From Ostrea edulis (Eukaryota), in the NCBI RefSeq assembly GCF_947568905.1, contig NC_079165.1, positions 89,156,001-89,220,000 of the forward strand: 64,000 bases of DNA, written 5' to 3'. The notes under the pieces were generated by a model. It had not been told where the DNA came from. It saw only the letters and a list, made by a program, of their open reading frames with translations, and made no database searches. A program made the translations under genes and the position numbers. Of the stretch, positions 53,301-64,000 are shown one piece after another (position 1 is the first letter of the stretch; each line of letters begins with the position of its first letter).

Positions 53301-56300
53301 GTGGGAATTTTATTTCAGTTTCATTAACATGCAGGGAAATGTTGCACTCGAGACAGCCTGCTAATAACAGCATCCTGAAGTGTCCTAATATGAACCACAC
53401 AGAGCATAAAGAGCAGAAACAAACAAGACAAAAGGAAAGCATGCTAAATATAAAATAAAAATACATTACTTATGTATCAGAAATTTAACAGAAATCTGAA
53501 ACTCAGTATGAAATGAAGGAATTTTCAAGGACTAGATGGTGACACAAGCTATGTAAAAGACTTTAAAACTGAATTGGCACAATAACATTTCATTAACTTC
53601 ATTGTAATCTTTACCCTTAGGTTCCATCAAGGCTTCTTCAAAACTCTTATTGATGTCAGAATTTCCCCTTATATCTAAGAGTTTGTAAATCTCCTCAACT
53701 TCCCCCAGGCTATCACTCCGTATTATGCGCTCATACTATTTAAAAGTACAGAATTTGGATAAAAATTGACTTACCTTATAAAAAATTCAAAACTCAAATG
53801 GAACATTTTATGTTTCAAAATAAAAATTAATATTCCTAAAAAAAACAACCTGTTGCACATAATGGTCAATGTGGATCTGCCCATGGACCTTGCACAGAAG
53901 ATCCAGATGGGCTGGGCTGCATGGAGCATACATATTTACGCATTCTTCAATGGTACTGCACCCTATCAGGGTTGCCCACCCTTCTCTTTTGATAGTACTA
54001 TATTAAAACAGACATGTTTAATACATAATAAATGTGCAGCACACAACAAAATACAACAACCAGTATTAATGCACACTCAATAGCTGCATATAAAATTCAC
54101 TTGGTATATATACCTGGGTTGAACCAAAGTCAATGGAAAGGTTTTGGGGGATGAAAAGCCTTCCCTCACCATTTTAGTGGTGTAATGTGTTGTGACAATG
54201 GATGCAACTACATCAGGTGCATTGCTCTTTAACAATTTCGACTGAACGTCACTGAACTTCCCCTACAGTGTAGGTCAAAGACGTATATGCATATCAAACT
54301 TTTCATTTTAAATCTAACTTTATCATATAATTAATCAATCAAATCATATATTCAATATTAACAAATTGCATTCCCATAAATTCACTATAAATTATGAAAT
54401 TCAAATGTTACTTTGTTCAGAAGTCTTTCAATGGTGTATGTTGAAAGGTTCTCCTTAAGAAAAAAGACATGTAAAATTTAAATACAGAAGAAATTGTGTA
54501 TTGAAAATATCATGCATTTTTTTCTTTATCCGGGTACTTCTGCTGATTACAACTTATCCCTATACATGTACCTTTGAATCTTTACCAGACATGAGTTTGG
54601 TCTATCAGAGGCAAAAGTCATTACTTTCAAATTTTTGAACAGAGTTAACATTATGATATTTTCCATCAGTAATAATAGAGTAGAAGGAAAAGAAAGAGGT
54701 TACTGATATTTATTTTGCTGTTGATGTTTCAAAAGAAAGCTGGCTATTATAAAGGTGTGTTGTCCATCATTAATCTAATCTACAGTCTAGATAAAAGTAT
54801 ACTCATTTTTTAATACTACCTCTGCTGTCTAAGTAACACAGCATTATCCACTTAAGATAAAGGAAGATTTGTCAAATACTGAAGTACCTTTTCTAAGTAG
54901 ACAGAGGCATCCTCTGGATTCTCTCCATTCCCTTGCTCAATGTCCTTTTTTCATTCAGAAAAATATATGTGATTGACATAAATCATTATCCAAATCAAAT
55001 GATGTATATAAATGTATCTTTTTATTTCTTCATCAGAATTATTCTTTGAAAATTACTTACTATATTATGTGATGTCTGCAAACAAATGAACACCCGTCGC
55101 AATTCTTCTGCTGATATTTTGTGATTATTGACTATAAATCAAATAAAGAGACCCATCGGACCATAAATGTTAGAGTATTTTGCAACTAAATACATTATAA
55201 AGGATTTAAAAATAGATGCACTGGTTAAAATCAGTCCATTTATACCATTATGTCCTGATCAAGTTCTTATTAGTGTTTAACTATCGATAGACTATGTCAT
55301 TTATTTTCAGCACATACAATCCACAGAATTATGATCACTACCGGTACATAATAAACGAAAAATGTAGCTTCATCTTGATAGATTAATTGGTAACATTTAA
55401 TACGTTAATTCTTACTGGTTCTATTTGGGTCCTGGAAATTCACATCATCAGGCCAGCCCTCTGGTTTCTTACACTTCCAAATACATTTTGCTATGTAAGA
55501 ACAGACTGAGATAATAATTCATAAAGGAAACATATAAAACAGTCAAAACAGTAATAGCTAGCAAGCTTATATGAAAAACAATAAGTGATTTTCATCTCCC
55601 TCATAGATGAAAATAACTAATGATTCAAAAGAAATTTGAATTGTCTCCGACACTTCAATGTAAGCATGTTTTATATTAGTATTAGATCTGTGGATGAGTG
55701 TGCGTAACAGGCATTATTAAAAGAGTAAAAGAAAAAGGAGGATAGACCAAAATAACCCAAATATATTGTTTCCTCAGAGTAAGCTCATTGAAAGACAAAG
55801 TTTTATAATACATGTATATATTATAAGCAGGTTTGTTCACATACAATATTTTAAATACTTCATTTCTTGATCAACAAATTTCTAGCTATATACTGTACCT
55901 TTCAATATCCCTCTCAGAACAAGAGGCAGTAATCTCCGCAGCACTGACTCTGGAGTACTTTCTGCATTTACTGACAACAAAGCCCTCCAGTCTTCTTCTG
56001 GAGTTGGTGTTCGATACTCTATTGATCATTATAACCATATAAGCCTACTAATTCTACAGGTTGAGAAATAAAGAGGGAGGGAAAGAGAGAGTTGATATTC
56101 TTTAGTTAATATTCAAATTTCAAAAGTATTGTAGGTGTGAAAATGTAACATAATCAAATTTTTTTCAAATTCATATACAGCAAATTTCAAGAGAGAAAAA
56201 AAAGAAAACAGATCAAAGAAAATACAGACTACCAATCATTGGATTAAGATTTTGACATAGTCCACAATACTCAATGGAATCACCTTGCTAATACTAGAAT

Positions 56301-57721
56301 TGTGCAATCATGTGGACCCACCTTTACATTAAATTTCAAAAATATTTGATAATGTTTCACTAATTGCAGTAAAATTTATATAACTCAGAAAAACTTTGAT
56401 CATAAGAGTTAATTTGAGCCAGGTTAGCTAAACATTTATGTAAACTCCAGGTCAATATCGGTAAATAAATGATAGAAAAGAGAAATACCTTTAGAAGATA
56501 GCAACATTTCAGCATGGTGCTCCATGCTGGCAGAGGTCATTTGCTTCGCAACATCATGACATATGTCCCGCAACCATGGTGAGACTTAAAAATAAAATAT
56601 CAAATCTATTTAGCTAAGGACTCTATGACAGAATATTCCATTTTACTTCATAGAAGCAAGCACAGGAAACATATTAAGCAAAAGTGTGTTATGCAACAAT
56701 TAACAAAATTGAAATACAACACAAAGTAACATAAGCAACAGGCCCATGGGCCACATTGCTCACCTGAAGACTTAAAAGCAAGGAGTGAAATTTTTTTGAT
56801 ATTACAGTTTATGAGGTTGATCGCACATAAATTAAACAAAAAATACCCTAGTGTGTCTTGGAAATCTGTTACCTCAACATGCAACCAAGGGTTGGATCAT
56901 GCTATAAACAAATCTTTGATTAAAGTAAGTGAGGATACTTGCATACAGATTCAACAATCTGCACCCCTATGGTTCTTGAACACATTTTGGAAAGTTTCCC
57001 CAAACACAACTGATGTTAAAATCCCTACCATCATCCTTCCCAGCCATCAGAAGTCATGGTACAAAAAGAATACTGTGTGCTTCAGCTCAGGTGAGCAAAA
57101 AATTAATATCAAATTGGAAATAAAATTAATACTTTATTTTTAAGCAATGATAATGAACAGTTAATAGTAAAAACACTAAACAAGACAACATAGTACCCTG
57201 TCCCTCCGTCTTCCCATTCATTGTATACAAAAACATAATGGGAATGTCAGGTTCCTCCTCCATAATTTCCTTGATCTAAAAGTTAAAACTAAATTCTGAC
57301 AAAACATGTCCAAAATTTGAAACAAGTCTGAAAGAAATCTTGTTACTATCAACCTGTTCAAATGTAAGCAAAATTTTTTCTGTTTCTTTTTGACATTTTT
57401 CTTGACATCTATGAAATAACTGTCTCTTGTTTTGATGTGTGTCATAGGTACATTTCACATTTTGTTATGGACTATGGTTTGATCAGTTAGCATTTGTAAT
57501 TAACTTTCTTTGTTGATATCACATCAATATATTGTTCAAGCATAAATCATATTTCACTTCTTGAGAAAGAAACTGGCATTGTAATCATTGATGGCATTGA
57601 AAGTGAAACTATAAATTTCTTTTTAACATAATCAATAAATGGCTCATCAATTTACCTTATTTGAAAGTCTTTTCAATTTTTCTCTTCTTCTCCTCCTGAT
57701 TTTCTCTTCTTCTTTTCTAAC
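50381..57721 (-). CDS. Uncharacterised multi-exon gene: NRF1-like DNA-binding segment, Cys-rich linker and Ulp1/SENP-like (peptidase C48) domain; 3' half may be decayed
   Basis: Eleven phase-consistent exons, 378 open codons: 57656-57721, 57197-57275, 56489-56584, 55899-56018, 55416-55490, 55061-55131, 54888-54944, 54114-54262, 53850-53997, 53615-53735, 53208-53360. Ulp1-like exons: 52284-52382, about 51600-51860, 51384-51467, 50867-50983, 50381-50482. Start codon and the 52.4-52.95 kb splicing not resolved. Confidence 0.7.
56716..57102. mobile_element. HINE-like repeat in an intron of the minus-strand gene
   Basis: AACAGGCCCATGGGCCACATTGCTCACCTGA start; TTCAGCTCAGGTGAGCAAAAA end. Confidence 0.65.
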
Positions 57722-58624
57722 CTACATTCATTAAAAATAAAATAAATAAAGTGTTTGGAAAGTACCATTTATTATTTTGTCTTGTCTTTTTATATTATCT
57801 AATAAGAACTGGTTCTTGCTGATGTCAATGTACCAATAAAGCATGAAAGTTACTGCTTATTTTATTTTCCTCGCCTAGCCGCTCATTTAACTACATTATC
57901 AACATGGTGGTAGCGGTTGGATTGTTTCTAAATGTTTTATTTAGACAAGCTTTCTCAAAATAAGTTTTTGTATTATTGCTTATAATATATCTTGAAAGAA
58001 ACGTTCACACCGTAAAACGTTTTAAATAATTTAGCTTAGTATTCTACATATTTAGACTACTAGAAAGAACTTCTGCATGCTGTGACCAATCCACTGTTCA
58101 TTCAAGCTGACATACCAAACTTTTTATTTGTGACATCAAGTGTTTTGAGTACAAGAGATGACTAGCATAAATGCTGTATATTTCCAATCTTGACAATCAA
58201 TGTTCCATGGTCTTACCGAAGCACTAGCTTGTACTCCGAGCTCTAATTACTAAAGCGCGCGAAATTATCCGAGCTAAATCTAAACCTTTAACAAGAATAT
58301 TTTTCACGCCAATCCCAGAAGTCCCTTGTCAAAAATGGCCAACGAATGTGAACTTCCGTTGATCTGCGGCCTCCTACCTCGAAAATTCAGTGCACCATTA
58401 GGCGTAATGTTTAACGAAATGCAAAGTTTATGAAAGGCAGGCTAAGATGATGAAACGGGCTGTTTCAGCTACCTAATTTCATTCATACGCATGTACTGAG
58501 TATTTGGCAAATAGATATTATTTAAATTGAACCTGATCAAAGCATGAGCATTACAAAATATGTTCATATTTGATGTTACGCTTGCTCAAACGGTAGCACC
58601 GTCAACATATTATTGTTCCTGTGG

Positions 58625-58919
58625 GATAATGCATAAATTTTTACAGAAGAATAAACTAGTAGCCGGCACTTTCTAATCCGAATTTCCTAAAAATAAAAAC
58701 CTAGTAATAACTGGTTTAAATAGATCACATATGCTACCAAATACATGTGATTTCCAAAGGTATGATATATTCAAGTTACATGTATTCTTATCCATATACA
58801 ACTATGATAATGCATAAATTTTCAAAGAATAAACTAGTAGCCGGCACTTTCTAATCCGAATTTCCTAAAGACAATAACCTATTAATAACTGGTTTATATA
58901 GATCACATATGCTACCAAA
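58625..58919. repeat. Direct duplication of about 115 bp with 181-bp period
   Basis: GATAATGCATAAATTTT...CACATATGCTACCAAA at 58625 and 58806. Confidence 0.85.
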
Positions 58920-59639
58920 CGTTTCAAAATGAGAATTCATATCCAGTTTATAAGTGGACATTTGATAAAACTGGAAATATTTACTTGTCATCGATTACTT
59001 TACTTATTTAACGTACATATTTCTCTCGAGGCGCATCAACCACGTTACAATCCATCGCTGCCATATTGTTTTCTGCGGTCTTGATCTGGCGCATGCCTAT
59101 TGCATACTTACGACCAGTAACTGGGACTTTTTCAGTTCAGTTAAATCCCGTTAACTGGGACTATAAATACCTCACGTGTCGCATGTTTTGACAGTTCATA
59201 TTTTCGCGGATTTTTTTTCGGACTTTTTCAATGGAAATTGCATTCCGAAGGAAGTCGCCATTTTGATTGTTTATAAATATCTCGAGGGATTTTACTGTAT
59301 CCCGACGCTAGAGGTAAGATTCATAAGACGAATTATTAAAATGTATATTCATATTGATATTTTATGCATTATTGGGAGCAAACAGTTTAATTATCCCTTA
59401 TACTGTGGCGATGAAGCCGGGGGAATGTAAAGTAAAGTAAATTTTATTTAAAGTCGGCACTATATACATTCAACATGTCAAACCGACTATCACATTGTAC
59501 ACTACACTGTACTACTACCACCTGACTGCTGCTACTACTACTGTCCAACATGTTAACGTTATCATTGCACCTTTTCATTTTATTGCGGAGTGTTGAATTA
59601 CGAACGAATAGTCTAATAACCTTTCTCTACACTTTAAGG

Positions 59640-59870
59640 TCTTCTGAAACAAGTATCAGCTTAGTCTTGCAGTGTTACAACACTGCAGTCTTACAATTTT
59701 ATGATACAGTCCTACACTACTTACATTATACAGTCTTATTATATGATACAATCTTATAATATATTCTTACAACTGTATTTTTAATACAGTCTTATTATTT
59801 GATATAGTCTTACAATCTTATAATACATTTACATTACAATCTTATAATGCAGTCTTACACTGTTACAATA
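59640..59870. repeat. Degenerate AT-rich repeat (CAGTCTTA core)
   Basis: Repeated cagtctta/caatctta motifs. Confidence 0.6.
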
Positions 59871-59991
59871 TACATCATGATATCTAACAATTGCATCAGC
59901 ATGTGTATAGTAAGATATCATGACACATGAGCAGCAACTATTTTTCAAACCTGGCAGTCAAGTTTACTTGTATTTTTCTCTCTTGCTAAAG

Positions 59992-62659
59992 ATGAACATG
60001 GATCTGAACCACTTGGAGTCAATCTTCCCTTCCCTTGTGGAGTCAGGCATCTTACTGTCCTCTCTGGCCGTGATTTTTGTCTTTTGGAATCACAGTTGTC
60101 TGGACACTTCACTGCTGAGACTACTGAAGTGTCACCTTCCAAGATGCAGGAATTTCTGTTTGGTCCTAACAGCACTTGTAATGATGAACAATAACTTAAT
60201 GAAAAATTTTGCTCTCACCATGGACAGCTGTAGGATTGCTGTTGTTGCACTTGTTGTCCAAATATCATTCTGGCTGCAGAGTAAGCCTGTCTCCAATAAA
60301 TGTATTGGGACCCAAAATATTCAGATCGTCGACAAATCAGTCGGTGGATCCCCAGTAACACACAGGGATCAGGCGAGCAGTGCCTCCACCTGCTGTAGAG
60401 TCGGGGTACCTCGCTATCTCCTGTCCCCATCCTCCTCCTCAGGACCTCAGTCTGCAGTGAACATTGAAGAGGAGTTGAGAAAGCCTTATGTGGAGGCTTT
60501 CAGGTATCTTAACGACGAGAAAGATGTTACCAACAAGGATCTTGTGACTGCCATTCAGTACCTGGACACACTCAATGGAGGTAAGTTTAGTATATTCATT
60601 TTTATACACCCATCATCAGACAGGATGTATTATGTTATGGCGCTGTCCGTGCCTCCGTTCGTGTGTCCATAGGATGTCATGTTTTCATAACCTTTTTCCG
60701 TAACTGATGCATTTACAGCATTGAAATTTGGTCACAATTTTTCCCTCAAGAAGCGAAAGAGGGAGTTTGCATTTCAGCTGGATTGGTACATCATGACCTA
60801 CTTTAGGGCTAAAAGTAGGTCAACTGTTTGCCATACTTTTTTCATTACAGATACAGATATTGCCTTGAAATGTAGTCACAAGCTTTCTCTCGGAGGAATA
60901 TACAAATTCAATTTGCATTTCAGCTGAATTGGTGTATCATGACCTACTTTAGGGCTAAAACTAGGTCAAAGAGTTTTCAGATTTTTTTTTCATTATGGAT
61001 ACAGGTGTTGCCCTGAAATGTGGTCACAACGTTCTTCTCAGAGAAATACAGATTCAATATACATTTCTGAATCAGCTTAATTGGTGCACCATGACATACT
61101 TTAGGGCTTAAAGTAGGTCAAAAAGTTTTCTTGACTTTTTCTCACAATGGATACAGATATTGCACTGAAATTTTGTCATCACTGTCGGACAGGCGTATGA
61201 TGTACCGTTTACAGTGTTCGAAATTGGTTTAAAACATAGTATAGACCACTGGTCTATGCGAAAACAAGATGACGTAGACCTCATCGAAGTGGCATAGACC
61301 GCAATATTGGGGGGAAAAACCCACAAATTTAAAACATTTTCATTTATTTCTAATGTACTTAGAAAGCATATTTTCTTTCCATTTCAATATCCTCCTTTCC
61401 TCATAATGTTTATCAGGCAGCGGCTTACCATGCAGGGTCCTTTGGGATAACATTATTGCTTTAAATCAAGAAAATCGGCATAGACAATTTGGACCATCTC
61501 AATTACAATTGGCGTAGACCAGTGTCATTTGACACAGACTCTGTCTATCGGTCAATGGTTAATTTTGAACACTGCGTCTACAGTACTCTTGTTGTTTTAA
61601 TATGGTTTCCTTAATATCAAATAACTTCAAATTTAATGGTTTCACCATCGTCAGAAACCCACAGTTGATTACCCTTCATTCTTCTCTCCATCACCCGTGG
61701 GTCCATTCCTTCCTACTCGCTCGTTCTCATGAATTATTGATGAGTCAATTTGATTGGGCGCTCATGGTATACCCTGAGCGAATTTGTCCAATCAACAAGA
61801 CGCTTTCAGCCCAATTTCGGTATACAATTCTTGTTTTAGCAAAGTTAAGTTGGTGCTACCTTAAAAACAGAAGAGTTCCATTATCATAACGATTACTTTG
61901 AGTGGACGATATTTTTAAATATTTATTCCTAAAATGAACAAGTAGGAATGAATGGACCCACGGGTGATGGAGAGAGGAAGGAAGTATAATTAACTGTGGG
62001 TATCCGACAATGTGGTTTCACCAACAAATGCAATTTTGTTTGACAGTAAATTCCTGGACAGCTAATTTATATTTAATATTCCTCTTGAATGAAAACTATG
62101 TTGTTAAGCATTTGATTTTGAGGTCTTTTCCCACCACCAAAACAACGAAAACTGGTGGTCAGTGAATAGGGAAGAAACCGCAGTATATACGCAACACATC
62201 TCACAATAAATAATGCATACAATGTAGTTAAAAATATATTTTAAAAAACCAAACAAGAAACCTTAATTAAGTTGTTTTATGTTCATTCACCGGCAATTTT
62301 TTACAGAATCTCTGTTCTTCTGTTTAGTGTTTATGTATTGTATGCAGTAGTCTGACGTAATTATGAAAGATTTGCTGTAAAATTCAATGAATGCTATTTA
62401 TAGACCCTAGACATTATCAGATAAATTGACTGCTGTTCACATGTTTGGTCTTTAACAGGGATAGAGGTCCACAGAGGTGCTGCGAATTTGAATGATGCAG
62501 TGGATCACATCCAGTGGATGCGACAGAAGTCACGCCTGGATGACTCTGGACTTCCCCGGGAATACTCTTATGAGGAGCTCCGTGACATCGTGGTGGAGGG
62601 GAATGGTTATTCCCTAGAGGATTTTGAGAGAGTGCTGGAAAAATGCCTGGAAAACAATG
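59992..62659 (+). CDS. Uncharacterised protein, two exons visible, continues beyond 62659
   Basis: Exon 59992-60580 (ATG after TAAAG, ends G|GTAAGT, phase 1) joins exon 62459-62659 (phase 1 to 1) in frame: ...IQYLDTLNGGGIEVHRGAANLNDAVDHIQWM...; hydrophobic N-terminal part. Confidence 0.65.
60598..61200. mobile_element. HINE-like element with about 3 internal tandem units of about 150 bp
   Basis: TTTTTATACACCC...CTGTCCGT start; repeated CATGACCTACTTTAGGGCTAAAAGTAGGTCAA. Confidence 0.7.
61212..61574. mobile_element. Short-TIR element (CAGTGTTCGAAATT...AATTTTGAACACTG)
   Basis: 14-bp inverted termini with 1 mismatch; no TSD seen. Confidence 0.5.
61640..62030. mobile_element. Foldback element, about 80-bp inverted arms
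   Basis: CTCTCCATCACCCGTGGGTCCATTC at about 61684 and its reverse complement at about 61950. Confidence 0.65.
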
Positions 62660-62992
62660 GTTAGTCTTGTGATAGGCAGATGTCTTGTAAACCTTTTTAA
62701 AACATTCTGGATCCACCCCTGGGTTTGTAGCTCATTAGACAGAGGACTCATTCATTTGACCCAGCACAAGTATATTCAATACAAGCTACTTACTGAAAAA
62801 AATGTACAGGTCAGCCTATTTAACATGTAATTCAGTTTGCACTGTTTAGGTCTCTGATCTAAGAGTTATTCCTCTTTAATCATGTTCATTGCTGGACAAA
62901 TACACAACTTTGTGATGCATCAGTCATCACTAAGACTGCTGATGAAGAGTTTTGCCCCTTTGATTTCTGGACAATGTGATATTATGCTTTAA

Positions 62993-63310
62993 GGTAGTAC
63001 TCTACATCGTCATAATGGCTGACTTCCTTTAAAAACATGGATGAAAAAATCGATATCAGCAATATTTGTCTTTTCCTTTTCCATTAAAATACCTAGCCGA
63101 GTAGCTCAGTAGGTTTGAATACCGACTGCTGGACTGTAGGTCGCAGGTTCGAGTCCGGCAGGGGTTTTAAATTTTTTTCAGATTACCTTCTACTGAAACT
63201 GTATTTTTTGACAAAATAAAGTAAATTTGAAAATTTTCAACTTCAAAATATTGTTGTACATATCCTCCACTTTTCATCTACATCAAATTTCTCTGGTGTA
63301 GCATACCTCC
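62993..63310. mobile_element. TTAA-flanked element with an internal tRNA-like A/B-box segment
   Basis: TTAA at 62989-62992 and 63311-63314; imperfect GG-starting TIRs; TAGCTCAGTAGG and GGTTCGAGTCC at about 63100-63160. Confidence 0.6.
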
Positions 63311-64000
63311 TTAAGGAGATACCTAGGTATGCCCTTAATAACAGCATTGTTATTTAACATTAAATGGTATACTATGGGGACTGTCTTTCATTGTTTTTAA
63401 TAACCTGATTCAGATTTTTTGAATAAATCCTTTTTTTTGTATGTAAAGATATAGAAACAATGTCAACTCATATGGGCATTTTCATGACTATTCCATATGA
63501 TTTCAGTGATTTTTAAGACCCATTTTAGGTCTGAATATCAGCCCTTTCCCCTCCCCAAAATTACCAATTTTTTCCCAATTTAACTTGCACTTTCCTCAAT
63601 AATACAAACTGGTGAATAGTGTATTTGTAAAAAAATAAGTTCAATGTGAGTTGTTTATGACGACATGACAAAGACGCGCATCAATTCAAGATGATTTAGA
63701 AAGAATAGTCAAAACTTTTAAGAGCTTTTAAGAAGTTATATATGTAAATAAAAGAAGAATGGCATCAATTTGTGTTTGATTTCTTGTTTGATATGATATA
63801 TTTAGCATATTTACAATAATGACTAGGTTTTCCCAATTTGATTAAGTGTTGAAAAATCACTGGATTTTGAATAAAGAGAGGATGAATTAGTTTGTATGGA
63901 CATGTATACAGTGTGTAATTTTGTGTTCTAGGTTTTCTCCCCTCTCCCAAAGAGTTTGTTGAATTCCACGATGACATGAAAGGTATAGGTAAATAAAAGT

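Noticed and set aside
53053-53458. Plus-strand ORFs of 103 and 68 aa
   Set aside because: Antisense shadows of the minus-strand exon 53208-53360, which fits the spliced chain.

Overview
AT-rich, intron-containing animal DNA, most likely an oyster or related bivalve (inferred from the repeat families), with one assembly gap (3840-3978). Three conserved multi-exon host genes were rebuilt exon by exon with consistent splice phases: TEX26-like (minus), CWH43/PGAP2-interacting protein (minus, 687 aa) and ALG5 (plus, 322 aa). CWH43 and ALG5 are head-to-head, 485 bp apart. Main observation: the intronic tandem arrays of ALG5 and CWH43 are amplified exon/intron junctions, so real splice sites sit among many decoy donors or acceptors. 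At 49-58 kb two convergent multi-exon genes occur: one with an NRF1-like DNA-binding segment plus a Ulp1/SENP-like protease domain, the other with a cysteine-cluster segment resembling KDZ-transposon-associated proteins. Together they may be a large, internally deleted KDZ/Zisupton-type transposon. Also present: two TRIMs with tRNA-like LTRs, a Mutator-like foldback element with a 10-bp TSD, a decayed LINE, many MITE/HINE-type repeats and the start of an uncharacterised plus-strand gene at about 60 kb. All family assignments are from recalled motifs, not database searches.
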